64,000 nucleotides of DNA from a virus: IMG/VR virus record IMGVR_UViG_3300032286_001304, positions 1 to 64,000 of that record, one strand, 5' to 3'. The notes under the pieces were generated by a model. It saw only the letters and a program-made list of their open reading frames with translations. It was not told the origin of the DNA and searched no databases. Positions 16,667 through 26,514 of this stretch are shown piece after piece. The translations under genes and the position numbers were made by a program. Each line of letters starts with the position of its first letter. Position 1 is the stretch's first letter.

Positions 16667-17497
16667 TTAATTAATCCATCCATTATATTGCCAACCAGTT
16701 TCTTCAACAATATTTAACTCCCCAGAGATAGTAGATTTAAATTCTATTTTACCAGAACTATCCAATAACGCATAAGTAGTTTGTCCACCATCAATACAAA
16801 AACTTTTTCCTTTAAATCTAATCGTATTATGATTTTGTGTATGTCCAATTAATTGTGGGCCAATCTCTTCGTTATCAGTAAATTCTTCTAAAAAGTCTAA
16901 CCAACAAGGCCCACCCGCTTTTAATTGTCCTCCCCTAGCTTCTCCGCATCCAAATAAATGAGATGGTTTAATTGAGATAGAATTAAATGAATCCTTTGAT
17001 TCATCCCATAAAGAATTTAAGTTTTCTTCTCTTGTTTTATAAAAATTCCAAAAAGATGGATGAAATCCTGCATGAGAAATTAAGTAACCACCAAATTCAC
17101 AAAATAATTGATATTTTTGGTAGTCTTCCCATTTGAAGATTTTATTTATCTCTATAGATTTGCTATTCGTGAATCCCGAACAAGAATTAATTATATTATG
17201 TTTATGTGAATATTTGCTATTCGCAAGCCATGATTCAGCATAAGATAAAAGGTGATTTCCAATTAAGCAAGTGCTTGGGCCAAATTTTCCATTAACAAGG
17301 TCAACAGCAAAACGCGCAGTTTCTTTAATACCAGAAATCTTATCAGTAGATTCATGAGTATCAAATTCATCACCAGCAAAAATAATATGGTCATAATTAT
17401 CTTTTTCTAGTTCAAGAATGTGTTTTACCCATTTTATATTCTGGTGATAGTCACTGAACAACAATACTTTGTTCGCTTTAACCTGATATGTTTTCAT
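16667..17497 (-). CDS. Calcineurin-like metallophosphoesterase
   Basis: SDYH, GDEFD, GNH, SHAG, GHT. Confidence 0.88.
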   Translation of the reverse strand: MKTYQVKANKVLLFSDYHQNIKWVKHILELEKDNYDHIIFAGDEFDTHESTDKISGIKETARFAVDLVNGKFGPSTCLIGNHLLSYAESWLANSKYSHKHNIINSCSGFTNSKSIEINKIFKWEDYQKYQLFCEFGGYLISHAGFHPSFWNFYKTREENLNSLWDESKDSFNSISIKPSHLFGCGEARGGQLKAGGPCWLDFLEEFTDNEEIGPQLIGHTQNHNTIRFKGKSFCIDGGQTTYALLDSSGKIEFKSTISGELNIVEETGWQYNGWIN

Positions 17498-17539
17498 GCC
17501 TCATTTACGCATCTTTTTTATCTAAAGTCAACTGATTTT

Positions 17540-17707
17540 TTACCAAAATCCCAAATTCCTTCCAGCATTTGCAATAATAAAAAAGCAAGTTATAACATGA
17601 AGAAACCACCAAAAAGTTCTAATCAAAGCAGCTATATCTGATTCAGTTGTATTTTCAGAGATTTTAGATCCCATTGTTTTTGCCCAAATTGACCAAATTT
17701 TTTTCAT
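17540..17707 (-). CDS. Small membrane protein
   Basis: MKKIWSIWAKTMGSK...hydrophobic C-terminus. Confidence 0.65.
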   Translation of the reverse strand: MKKIWSIWAKTMGSKISENTTESDIAALIRTFWWFLHVITCFFIIANAGRNLGFW

Positions 17708-17715
17708 TTTATTTT

Positions 17716-18027
17716 TTATCCGATACAATTAAAGTTTGCAATATTATCAAAATTTTTGCCTTTCGGACGAGAACATTCACACCAATAACCATCCCAATTT
17801 TCTTTATCGGTGTCAATCCATTTATACCATTGAATATCTTGAGCATGGGCATAAATACCCTGTTCCTGTTTTTCAATTACAAGATATTCGTATAGACATT
17901 CTTGCATTGAACCACGATTATGCAACGCCGCTCCGCGAGCAGCGGATTCGTTAAAGAAAAATCCAAAACATCTGGACATATCGCGTTTAGAATCAGTAAG
18001 GGCAGTTATTGTATATATTTCGTTCAT
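17716..18027 (-). CDS. Hypothetical protein
   Basis: 103 aa ORF. Confidence 0.7.
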   Translation of the reverse strand: MNEIYTITALTDSKRDMSRCFGFFFNESAARGAALHNRGSMQECLYEYLVIEKQEQGIYAHAQDIQWYKWIDTDKENWDGYWCECSRPKGKNFDNIANFNCIG

Positions 18028-18034
18028 TTTTTGA

Positions 18035-18778
18035 CTAATTATTTAATAGATTTAATCTTTCCTCTGCAATATTAATATATTTCTTTAATAATTCACTTCC
18101 TACATAATGCCTTCCGAGTCTCTTGCTTACAACACCAACAGTTCCTGTTCCAAAGAATGGATCGTAAATAATTTCACCTTCCTTTGTAAAATTAACTAGT
18201 ATCTTTTCTACAAGTTCCTCTGGAAAAGTTGCCCCATGTTCTTTAGAAACCTTTTTTCCTCGCTTTATTCTCCATATATTAGATAAAGTTCCGCGAGCAA
18301 AATTTGCTTTCTTAAACTGTCTGGACATTGCATCTTTTTTATTATTAGAAAGTATAATTAGAAACTCAAATTCTGAATTCATCACGCATTCACCCATTGC
18401 TGGTTGTGCGGAAGTTTTATCCCAAATTACAATTTCTTTTATCTTTTCTGAAAATTCCCCCATCAATTTAAAAACCGAAGGTTTATTTCCTGTCACAATT
18501 TGTATATTATAAAATACATAACCTTTTGTTACTCTAAGCAACTCACCTAGAATTTTCTTATGTAGATTAAAATATTCTTCTTGTGGCAAATTATCATCAA
18601 ATCCATCATATTTAGTGGAAAATTCTTTGACAATTTGACGAGAACAATATTTATCCCCCATTATACGAAGATTCATGTTATATGGTGGACTAGTTATAAT
18701 ATGATTAATTGATTCGTTTTCTAGTTTAGATAAGGTATCTAAACAATTTTCGTGATAAATGTAGTCTTTTTCTATCAT
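18035..18778 (-). CDS. Orphan beta-class DNA methyltransferase (N4-C/N6-A)
   Basis: TSPPY catalytic motif before DPFFGTGT SAM-binding motif. Confidence 0.92.
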   Translation of the reverse strand: MIEKDYIYHENCLDTLSKLENESINHIITSPPYNMNLRIMGDKYCSRQIVKEFSTKYDGFDDNLPQEEYFNLHKKILGELLRVTKGYVFYNIQIVTGNKPSVFKLMGEFSEKIKEIVIWDKTSAQPAMGECVMNSEFEFLIILSNNKKDAMSRQFKKANFARGTLSNIWRIKRGKKVSKEHGATFPEELVEKILVNFTKEGEIIYDPFFGTGTVGVVSKRLGRHYVGSELLKKYINIAEERLNLLNN

Positions 18779-18798
18779 AGCTTATGCTATTTTATTTT

Positions 18799-19326
18799 TT
18801 ATATTTCATTTTTAATATCTTCCGTAGAATCAACATCATTCACACCACAAACTTTTGTCTGGTCAAAAAGATGCATTGTTCCATCTTTATGCATCCAGTC
18901 TCCACGCTCTAAATAAGAACAATATCCGTTATTTTGTCTTCCCATAATATCCCAGCTATCCCAAAAAGGACATAATCCATTTTTATCATAACAATACGGA
19001 CCGGAAGGAATAATATTTTTAACGAAATCCAAATTATCTATTCTAATAGTTCTATATATTGAGTCATTCCACATCTCATAAATCAATCCAGCAATAACCC
19101 AAAATGGTTTATTCTCAAATTTTGCTATAGTCTCTATTGCAAGTTGAATTTCTTCTGGTTCTATTAATTGATCGTCATTCCGCATAGAGAAATTATAATT
19201 TTCCCATTCTCCATTAACCAATCTAGAAATTGAGTATCTAGTTACGCAAACAGACACATCTTTAGAATACCACCCATAATATTTGCAGTAGTTTCTTATA
19301 TTTTTTGGAGGTATTTCGCTATACAT
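18799..19326 (-). CDS. Cys-rich hypothetical protein
   Basis: IPSGPYCY...CPFW...YCSYL...KVCG; start moved to MYSEIPP. Confidence 0.7.
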   Translation of the reverse strand: MYSEIPPKNIRNYCKYYGWYSKDVSVCVTRYSISRLVNGEWENYNFSMRNDDQLIEPEEIQLAIETIAKFENKPFWVIAGLIYEMWNDSIYRTIRIDNLDFVKNIIPSGPYCYDKNGLCPFWDSWDIMGRQNNGYCSYLERGDWMHKDGTMHLFDQTKVCGVNDVDSTEDIKNEI

Positions 19327-19330
19327 ATTT

Positions 19331-19702
19331 TCACCACCAACCATAAATAAAAACTTTCTCCCCATAAGTTGAAGCACCAAGAATTTTTCCAGTCACCTCT
19401 TTGTATGACTGAAAATACTCATCACCATGTTTATTATGGATATAGTCTATAAATTTAATCCAATCCTCTTCTGTTATTGGAATCGCCACGCAATTAAAAT
19501 CTCCTTTTTCATACTCTTCTTTCCAATATTCTTGATCTATCCCACTAGTTTCTTCAATGGATTTTTTTTCATTCCATTTATTTGCCAAGTCGAGATATTT
19601 AATACGCGCTAAATCAATCCACCATTGTTGCAAAGTCCAATCTTTGCGAAAATAAGCTAATTGTTCGCCTTTTTCTGTTCTAATATATGTATCTAAGCCC
19701 AT
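19331..19702 (-). CDS. Conserved phage protein (MGLD...YFRK...FNC type)
   Basis: N-terminal MGLD, YFRK, DFNC, C-terminal YGWW. Confidence 0.75.
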   Translation of the reverse strand: MGLDTYIRTEKGEQLAYFRKDWTLQQWWIDLARIKYLDLANKWNEKKSIEETSGIDQEYWKEEYEKGDFNCVAIPITEEDWIKFIDYIHNKHGDEYFQSYKEVTGKILGASTYGEKVFIYGWW

Positions 19703-19764
19703 AATAATTTATTTAATTTTTAGTATTAATGAAAAAAAGTTTCTAAAATAATTTAATATCAATA

Positions 19765-20019
19765 TTAAAATCTTCCAACTTTATTATATGTAACATCGAA
19801 AGGATAAGCTGATTTAAAAGTAAATGAAACGTAATAATATGAATTATTAAGCTTATCAAAATAATACCAAGGTTCACCATCTTTATCTTTAATTTCAATT
19901 TGAGAAATAGAGGGACATTTTCCTTTTGGAAATTTGAAATAATCCCAAGCGGAAGATAATTGTTCTTGAGTTACAATCGTATTAATCTGATTTCCTCTCA
20001 GTCTTATATTTTTATTCAT
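19765..20019 (-). CDS. Hypothetical protein
   Basis: Likely start MNKNIRL. Confidence 0.6.
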   Translation of the reverse strand: MNKNIRLRGNQINTIVTQEQLSSAWDYFKFPKGKCPSISQIEIKDKDGEPWYYFDKLNNSYYYVSFTFKSAYPFDVTYNKVGRF

Positions 20020-20029
20020 AAATTTCAAT

Positions 20030-20064
20030 AAAAAGAGCCTGCTATGAACAGGCTCTAATGTCAA
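20030..20064 (-). terminator. Intrinsic terminator-like hairpin overlapping a TTGACA promoter-like element
   Basis: AGAGCCTG-N7-CAGGCTCT followed by Ts; TTGACA 2 nt upstream. Confidence 0.65.
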
Positions 20065-20081
20065 TATTTTTTTAAAAAAAG

Positions 20082-20531
20082 TTACTGTTTATTAAATGGA
20101 ATCGACTCGCTATCTAACACAACAATTTGAACTGGCTCCTTTGAACAAGGTTGAACTTGATATGGTTTACGATATTTCCCTTTGACATATCGACACCATT
20201 CATTCCATTTATTAATTTTACCCTTTTTCTTAACATTTATATTTTGCTCAACAGCGGCTCGTAACATACGATTAGGAACTTCGTTGGCATCTACATTCTC
20301 TAATGTCTTAATTAGAAAAGCCTCTGTCTCTGTAATAGCCTTTTTTATTTCATCATTATCTGTTCTAAAAAGAATAACATATTTATTCTTTGCTTTAGGC
20401 CCATTATTACCCTTTTCTTCTTTCTTTTCTTGTTCAATTTCCTCGGCAATTTTAATTACTTTGGAACGTGCAGTGGCATCCAAGCCAGCTTGCACAAGAA
20501 TTTCCGCTAAATCATCTTTTGTAATAGACAT
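20082..20531 (-). CDS. Hypothetical protein
   Basis: 149 aa ORF. Confidence 0.75.
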   Translation of the reverse strand: MSITKDDLAEILVQAGLDATARSKVIKIAEEIEQEKKEEKGNNGPKAKNKYVILFRTDNDEIKKAITETEAFLIKTLENVDANEVPNRMLRAAVEQNINVKKKGKINKWNEWCRYVKGKYRKPYQVQPCSKEPVQIVVLDSESIPFNKQ

Positions 20532-20557
20532 GGTATATTTTATTTGAGTTTTAATGA

Positions 20558-20986
20558 TTAGTTTTTAATGAAACGTGGCTTTTCTGCTGGCCCCTTTTCT
20601 CCATTTGCAATCGCCCCATAATCAAAATTAGGAACATCCATTACAGGCTTATTTGATTTAATCTCAAGGCGATTAATATCAAAATAATGCGAATCTTTTT
20701 GTTTTCCATCCTTATCCATTCCGGGATTTACAATAGCTTGAATACAGCCGTAAAGGTCAAAACTAACGGAAGTTACAATACCAGTAAATCCGGTGACTTT
20801 ATCTTTTACTTTTAAACCTAAAAGACTTAGGTGTTTTTTGATTTGAATTTCCATTTTGTTGTTAATTTCTTTATTGCATTGTGCCTCTACTAGAAGTGTA
20901 TCTTGCTGTTTTACCTTTTCAGAGTCAAGGAGTTTCTTGATATTTTTTGCTATTTTCTCATACATATTCTCTATATTTTTATTCAT
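20558..20986 (-). CDS. Conserved phage hypothetical protein
   Basis: LGLKVKDKVTGFTGIV...LYGC...YFDINRL. Confidence 0.75.
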   Translation of the reverse strand: MNKNIENMYEKIAKNIKKLLDSEKVKQQDTLLVEAQCNKEINNKMEIQIKKHLSLLGLKVKDKVTGFTGIVTSVSFDLYGCIQAIVNPGMDKDGKQKDSHYFDINRLEIKSNKPVMDVPNFDYGAIANGEKGPAEKPRFIKN

Positions 20987-20998
20987 AATATTTAATAT

Positions 20999-21379
20999 TT
21001 AAATTACTTCTTCTAAGATTCGCCAACTTTGGACAGTATTATCGCTAATAATGACCTCTACTGGCATTCCTTTTAATTTATCCACCGAACTTACATTAGC
21101 ATCTTTAAGAATTAAAGAAACTATTTTACAAAGTTTTAACATTTGTTTTTCTCTATCTTTTTCATTCCATTTAGCATTAGGACTACATTCTATTGATTGG
21201 AAATCCCATCCACCATTTATGAAATTACCTGCGCCAAGCCCACTTTTTTGTTCAAAATGCAATGTAAGACCAAAGCATGAGTTTTGATAACCTCCCAAAC
21301 CAAAAGATACATTGGAAATTTTCATAAATTCTTTCTTATGATGTATTGGTAGGTCTTTATGATTTAAAAATTTATACAT
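20999..21379 (-). CDS. Hypothetical protein
   Basis: 126 aa ORF. Confidence 0.7.
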   Translation of the reverse strand: MYKFLNHKDLPIHHKKEFMKISNVSFGLGGYQNSCFGLTLHFEQKSGLGAGNFINGGWDFQSIECSPNAKWNEKDREKQMLKLCKIVSLILKDANVSSVDKLKGMPVEVIISDNTVQSWRILEEVI

Positions 21380-21410
21380 TTTTTATTTCTATTCTTATTT
21401 TGATTATATA

Positions 21411-21914
21411 TTATAAATCTCCTTCTATAAATGGGTCAATATCACCATCCTTGTAAGATGAGAGAGTTATAAATCTAGTCCAGTCATTATTTCGATTAAA
21501 ATAAATTGTAGCAGCACGTTTATCAAAAGTTGTATGAATAATATGATAGTTTTTTAAATCAATAGCGTCACTATCTTCTTGCTCCAAACCCACCGACAGA
21601 GTTGCGGATAACATCCAATCTGGTGGGTCTTCATTAAGAAATTCGGCGGTAACATTTTTCTTTAAATAAGGAAAATATATTTCTGTTAATAATTTATTAC
21701 CACCAAAAGATTGATTATCTCCGCCATCAGCATATTTTAACTTATGGAAATGCGGAGCAGAATCCATATCATATCCAGTCCAATTAATATGGAGAATGAT
21801 TTGATGCGTTAAATCACATTTTTGAATTACTCCATTATATATTTTAAATCCGGCTTCTTTTAAAATATCAACTGAATCTTTGTGGATTGAAATGTATGGT
21901 TTCATTAATAACAA
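21411..21914 (-). CDS. Hypothetical protein
   Basis: ORF in array; start may be 21905. Confidence 0.7.
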   Translation of the reverse strand: MLLMKPYISIHKDSVDILKEAGFKIYNGVIQKCDLTHQIILHINWTGYDMDSAPHFHKLKYADGGDNQSFGGNKLLTEIYFPYLKKNVTAEFLNEDPPDWMLSATLSVGLEQEDSDAIDLKNYHIIHTTFDKRAATIYFNRNNDWTRFITLSSYKDGDIDPFIEGDL

Positions 21915-22108
21915 AAGCCATCAAGAATTTCTCTTAGCGCATAAATTGCTTCTTTTGGTAAAACAATTTCTTGATCATCCTCGCCATGCCCTTGTGAGAT
22001 AGTTACCCAATCAGGATTTGATGGGCAAGTTTTTACAATAATATTCTCAGTGTATTCTTCACTATGCATAAGTGTGAATTGCTTAGTTATTTTTGGTTTC
22101 ATATTCAT
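21905..22108 (-). CDS. Hypothetical protein
   Basis: 67 aa ORF. Confidence 0.6.
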   Translation of the reverse strand: MNMKPKITKQFTLMHSEEYTENIIVKTCPSNPDWVTISQGHGEDDQEIVLPKEAIYALREILDGFCY

Positions 22109-22514
22109 TGGTAAATTCTATTGGTAGAATAACATTTTCCGGTATCTTTTGGGAAGTAAAAAATGGTCGAATTTGTTCTGGTTTGTATCCAGCCAGCCCC
22201 ATTCCAATTTTAGTCGTCAAGAACTCAAGATGCGGGTTTTTCTCGGCAAAGTCAAGATATTCTTTAATATTTCGTTCAATGTCATAGAGAGGTAGCGTTT
22301 CAATGTCAAAATCCTTAGTTGGCAATGCGTAAGACTGACCTTGTAAACCGCGCCCGACCCCATATTTCGCCCCAAATTTATTTAGAGCAAGTTTTGCCGC
22401 ACCCGCGCCGTGGATGCCTTTTGTATTGCTCCCGAAGACAAAAATTTGATTAGGAGCAAGTTCTTTAATATTTTCTGGTGTATATTTTTTCATAATTTTA
22501 ATCTCTGTATTCAA
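22083..22514 (-). CDS. Macro-domain-like phage protein (A1S_2505-type)
   Basis: IFVFGSNTKGIHGAGAA...GQSYALPTK...TKIGMGLAG. Confidence 0.8.
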   Translation of the reverse strand: MNTEIKIMKKYTPENIKELAPNQIFVFGSNTKGIHGAGAAKLALNKFGAKYGVGRGLQGQSYALPTKDFDIETLPLYDIERNIKEYLDFAEKNPHLEFLTTKIGMGLAGYKPEQIRPFFTSQKIPENVILPIEFTNEYETKNN

Positions 22515-22986
22515 CTACCGGACTAAATTGAGTAGTTGCTAACTTGTCAAGCACCTTTTGCGCGTAATCAGGATATTTCCGTGCCATTTCCGCAATCGCA
22601 CTTAGATAAGCGTTGAAATTTTCACCATGAATAACCCAAGTAGAATCTAAATAAGTATCTAGAAACTCTTTATCACTAATAAGTTGAATTTCAGATGCAA
22701 AATAACGCAAATCCATACCTTCTAACAAATCACGCCAACCATTTCTTGGGTCATTTTCATTTTTCCAATGCATCAAACCAACTTTAATCTCATCATTATC
22801 ATCAAGAGTATATTTTATAGGTATGGGTATTGAATAGTTTTCTGGTTTCCAACCACCTAATTTTTCATAGTTGATTTTGAATAATCGTTCTTCATGATCT
22901 ATTCTTGCCATAAACTTTTTCGCTTCTTCTTCAGTATTAAATTGATACTGGTCAAACTGATATTTTATGATTTTTTTAATTTGCAT
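22498..22986 (-). CDS. Hypothetical protein
   Basis: 162 aa ORF. Confidence 0.7.
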   Translation of the reverse strand: MQIKKIIKYQFDQYQFNTEEEAKKFMARIDHEERLFKINYEKLGGWKPENYSIPIPIKYTLDDNDEIKVGLMHWKNENDPRNGWRDLLEGMDLRYFASEIQLISDKEFLDTYLDSTWVIHGENFNAYLSAIAEMARKYPDYAQKVLDKLATTQFSPVVEYRD

Positions 22987-23017
22987 ATTAATTTTTATTT
23001 TTTATAAGTCATTACAA

Positions 23018-23440
23018 TCAAGAGAACATTTCTACTTTTTGACAAAATCTCTGATCATTATTCTGCAAATCGCAAATTAAACAATGTCTTTCTCGGTCAT
23101 AAGAAACTTTCCCGCGAACAGTATAATTACCTTTGTATTGAGCTGCGGCATATTTCGCAAATTCAATTAAATTATTTCTAACTTTATCACTCTCAATGTT
23201 TCGAGCAATCTTTAGTGTCGTTCGACAATTAGGAGAAATTGTAAGGCGACTATTGTTAGAAGTAGCTTCGGTAACTTCAATTCCATCAACTAAATTGAAA
23301 GAAAGTTTGTCAACTTGCGAGCGAAGTTTTGAAAATTCCCCATTAATGGAGTTTTGAATATGAAGAATTTCGTCATGAATTTTAGACCCACGCTCAAAAT
23401 TCTCTTTTAATTTATTTAGTTTTTCGTGAATGTATTGCAT
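23018..23440 (-). CDS. Hypothetical protein
   Basis: 140 aa ORF. Confidence 0.7.
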   Translation of the reverse strand: MQYIHEKLNKLKENFERGSKIHDEILHIQNSINGEFSKLRSQVDKLSFNLVDGIEVTEATSNNSRLTISPNCRTTLKIARNIESDKVRNNLIEFAKYAAAQYKGNYTVRGKVSYDRERHCLICDLQNNDQRFCQKVEMFS

Positions 23441-23443
23441 TTT

Positions 23444-24331
23444 TTAACTGTAAATTTTATCTAGTATTTCTTCCTTGATTCCATCTCTTACCTTATCAGG
23501 TAATGGCGATAAAGCAAGCATTTTTTTCGTTTCATTCATCGTTTCATCTAACTTCGCAAACAATTCTTCTCGCGGGAAAATGACCTTTTTATTTTTAACC
23601 TCTCGGAGAAATTTTGCTTCTTTCAATGGGAAAGTTAAATCTTGTTCTAATGCAATTTGTTGCAACTGATAGCATATCCTAAAGGAATGCGAAACGGATT
23701 TGGTGTCGAACTCCCCTTGTTGTGCCGCTCGCACTCTTTCGCCATATTCATCCTTAATGTTAATTAACGCAGAACGAAAATCTTTTAGTGTCGTGTTTTT
23801 TCTATATTTACGACTTAAAATAACATAAAATAACTCTTCTTTAAAAAAGAAATCATTTTCTGGCAAAGAAGCCCAAATATGTTCAATAGTTTGATTTCCA
23901 CGATATCCTAATGAATTCATGTAATCGTTAATATTCATTAGCAAATTATCTAAAACATTAACGCGCTCGGCTTTTACTGCGTATTTTGAGACAAGAGAGG
24001 AAGCAAATCCCAAAAACGCATCCATTCTTTTGGTTAAAAACTCTTTTCGATATTGCCTAATCAGCGGCCAATCGAATCCGGTTGAGAAATGATTTTCCAA
24101 AGGTGAGAAAAGTATTTCAATTGCAACAGGCTCGCCCTTGATTGCTAAATCCAAAAATTTTTGAACTGAATAATAAATTTCTTCATTAGCGGGTTCAATA
24201 ACATCTTTTATTTGTGCAAGATAACATTCACGCAATGTTGGTTTATAAATTCCACGAAAATCCCAGTCAGAGCTATCCGTATGGGTATGATACAGCCTAG
24301 ACCCAGTTAATACTTTACAAATAATATCCAT
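23444..24331 (-). CDS. Pol-beta-superfamily nucleotidyltransferase
   Basis: GSRLY...SDWDFRGIY (GS-x10-DxD). Confidence 0.85.
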   Translation of the reverse strand: MDIICKVLTGSRLYHTHTDSSDWDFRGIYKPTLRECYLAQIKDVIEPANEEIYYSVQKFLDLAIKGEPVAIEILFSPLENHFSTGFDWPLIRQYRKEFLTKRMDAFLGFASSLVSKYAVKAERVNVLDNLLMNINDYMNSLGYRGNQTIEHIWASLPENDFFFKEELFYVILSRKYRKNTTLKDFRSALINIKDEYGERVRAAQQGEFDTKSVSHSFRICYQLQQIALEQDLTFPLKEAKFLREVKNKKVIFPREELFAKLDETMNETKKMLALSPLPDKVRDGIKEEILDKIYS

Positions 24332-24336
24332 ATTAA

Positions 24337-24702
24337 TTATTCAAAGGCCCGTCCATCTATTTGGTTAAAATTTTTAATTTTCCTATATCTTTCTAAAACT
24401 TGCATTAATAAATTTTTATCAACGTGCCAATCTTCGTAGCCATCTTGGATAACACAACTACTTACTAAGTCTACCCAATCATCATCGGTCTTTGGATTTT
24501 TTGATTCCCATTTATCATACTCTTCTTTTAGTCCCTTTTCTAAAACATCTATCTCCTTATGATTAAGGATACCTGTGCAAAATGGGACTGCACCGTCGAA
24601 ATAGAACTTATTTTTCATGCTTCCCCAGTCTTTACCAGAAGCAAAACGAATAACACCGTTTATGTTTTTGTATGAGAAATCTTTAATTTTTACTCCGCTC
24701 AT
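24337..24702 (-). CDS. Hypothetical protein
   Basis: 121 aa ORF. Confidence 0.7.
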   Translation of the reverse strand: MSGVKIKDFSYKNINGVIRFASGKDWGSMKNKFYFDGAVPFCTGILNHKEIDVLEKGLKEEYDKWESKNPKTDDDWVDLVSSCVIQDGYEDWHVDKNLLMQVLERYRKIKNFNQIDGRAFE

Positions 24703-24707
24703 TTTAA

Positions 24708-24926
24708 TTATTTATTAAATAAATGATCTGAATTCATCTGTTCAACCGTGATATTATTATTGCATTGGATTTTCCATTGACCCATGCTGTATAGAACAAC
24801 TACACGATTAATTCCCAAATCAATTGTTATCATTTCATGCCTATCAATAATAATATTTGCGTTATCATCAATATCCAACTTAAATTTTGGTTCATCGCCT
24901 AAAGAGGTTAATTGTTGAATAATCAT
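24708..24926 (-). CDS. Hypothetical protein
   Basis: 72 aa ORF. Confidence 0.6.
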   Translation of the reverse strand: MIIQQLTSLGDEPKFKLDIDDNANIIIDRHEMITIDLGINRVVVLYSMGQWKIQCNNNITVEQMNSDHLFNK

Positions 24927-24930
24927 ATTA

Positions 24931-25143
24931 TTATGCGTTAATTTTTCTTTCTCTAGCTTGTTTATACCCTTCCAGTCTAATTTTACGATCTAAAACTTCT
25001 CGCCATGCAAAATGAAAATGCGAGCCTAGAACTTTTAAATCCTGTTCTAAACGCTCATAAAATTGTAATAAAATATCTAACTCAAAATCGGTTATTGAGT
25101 CGCCTATTAAAAATTTTTCATTAATATCAGTTAATAGTTTCAT
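24931..25143 (-). CDS. Hypothetical protein
   Basis: 70 aa ORF, ATGA-coupled. Confidence 0.65.
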   Translation of the reverse strand: MKLLTDINEKFLIGDSITDFELDILLQFYERLEQDLKVLGSHFHFAWREVLDRKIRLEGYKQARERKINA

Positions 25144-25502
25144 TTTAATAATTCTTTATTTTCAAATATATTTCCAACTACTTCCGAATATTTACATCTA
25201 TCATAGAGAGCATCAAAATACTTAAATCCGTTCTCCGACGACTCCTTTGTATGATATGAAACTTGCCATTCTCCGTTTGTAAATTGATATACTTGTTTAT
25301 ACTTTCCACCGTTTGCGATAGGATCTAAAAGAATATCACCATCGTAAATTTCTTTTCCATTTTTATCTTTTAATCCGGTGAATTGTTGCGGTGGGCTAAC
25401 CGAGCCATAAATTCCATGCGGATACCCTTCGTAAATATCAAAATAAATAAATGCTTTATCTATAAAAACATAGATGCGAAACTTTAATTCTCTTTGTTGC
25501 AT
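25140..25502 (-). CDS. YopX family protein
   Basis: RELKFR...QFTGLKDKNGKEIYDGDIL...VVGNIFENKELL. Confidence 0.92.
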   Translation of the reverse strand: MQQRELKFRIYVFIDKAFIYFDIYEGYPHGIYGSVSPPQQFTGLKDKNGKEIYDGDILLDPIANGGKYKQVYQFTNGEWQVSYHTKESSENGFKYFDALYDRCKYSEVVGNIFENKELLK

Positions 25503-25514
25503 AACTACACATTA

Positions 25515-26057
25515 TCACTCTTTCTCTTTGAAGTCAAGGTAATTTTTCCAAGGCGCAACCATCTTCCAGTTACACGCTAATTGTTCATCCGCAATCTTAA
25601 CCATTAGCGGATTAGGTTTGGCAATATCTCTGCGCGATAAAACCAAACTTTTAGCATCCTGTTCATACCATTCGCCAAGTAAATAACATAAAATAATATA
25701 AGCTGCCGCTGTGCTACAGCTAATTCCGGCATAGCAACATACGGCTAGATTTATATTTTTACCCTTTTTAAGTAAACTTTCTATAACAACTCCGCTTTCA
25801 ATTATACTATTTATTAAATTAACATCCGGCATTTTATAACCAGTTTTTCTATGTGATTCTATAAATGTATCATGAACTTCGTGAGTTACAAAATACTTTA
25901 CATCACCCAGAATAGCACTAACATTATCGTATGTATATGGTTCTTTTTGGCCAGGATGATTAAATCCAATAAAATAGTTGATATTTTTATCTTTTATTTT
26001 TTCTAACTCATAGCGTCCACAGATATAAAATTTAAAATTAAAAGGAAGAATAGTCAT
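25515..26057 (-). CDS. Protein-tyrosine-phosphatase-like protein with degenerate P-loop
   Basis: VCCYAGISCSTAAA (canonical HCxAGISRS), PNPLMVKIAD. Confidence 0.75.
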   Translation of the reverse strand: MTILPFNFKFYICGRYELEKIKDKNINYFIGFNHPGQKEPYTYDNVSAILGDVKYFVTHEVHDTFIESHRKTGYKMPDVNLINSIIESGVVIESLLKKGKNINLAVCCYAGISCSTAAAYIILCYLLGEWYEQDAKSLVLSRRDIAKPNPLMVKIADEQLACNWKMVAPWKNYLDFKEKE

Positions 26058-26059
26058 GA

Positions 26060-26341
26060 TTATTCAGATATTTTTTTATTATGCAAATATTTATGTTTAT
26101 CCCAAAATTCTTTGCCGGTATAAAACTCATGCAATTTATTAACTTCCGGTGGAATAAAACTATCTAGAATTTTTCTATCAGATTCTTTTACAAGATAAGT
26201 ATCGCCAGTATTTAATTTTTCAATAATTGCACTAGTAATTCCCAACTGAGGTTGAATTTGTTTCGCGTGCCAGTATTCTTCTAGGATTACTAGTAAATTT
26301 GTAATAATGTGACGTTCTAATTGTGATAGTTCGATTTTCAT
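26060..26341 (-). CDS. Hypothetical protein
   Basis: 93 aa ORF. Confidence 0.7.
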   Translation of the reverse strand: MKIELSQLERHIITNLLVILEEYWHAKQIQPQLGITSAIIEKLNTGDTYLVKESDRKILDSFIPPEVNKLHEFYTGKEFWDKHKYLHNKKISE

Positions 26342-26357
26342 GAAAAATATATATAAA

Positions 26358-26423
26358 TTAATGATGATCTGTTATTTTAATATTCTTTTTATTCATGATT
26401 TGCTTGATTTTTGAGAAATCAAC
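26358..26423 (-). pseudogene. Orphaned 3' end (21 codons plus stop) of the phosphoesterase gene
   Basis: VDFSKIKQIMNKKNIKITDHH* aligns without gaps to VSLKEVKMHLNGRSLDLTDHH* of 27401-28054. Confidence 0.7.
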
Positions 26424-26431
26424 ATAATCAC

Positions 26432-26460
26432 ACTATACATAGCTCCACGCATATAGTCAA
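26432..26460 (-). promoter_or_regulatory. Sigma70-like promoter
   Basis: TTGACT-17-TATAGT. Confidence 0.75.
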
Positions 26461-26514
26461 GATTTTTATAAAAAATAAGTCAAAAAGCATAATTTTATGT
26501 GTAATACCATATAT

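Noticed and set aside
18035-18778. Complete restriction-modification system
   Set aside because: No adjacent restriction endonuclease is recognisable; treated as an orphan methyltransferase.
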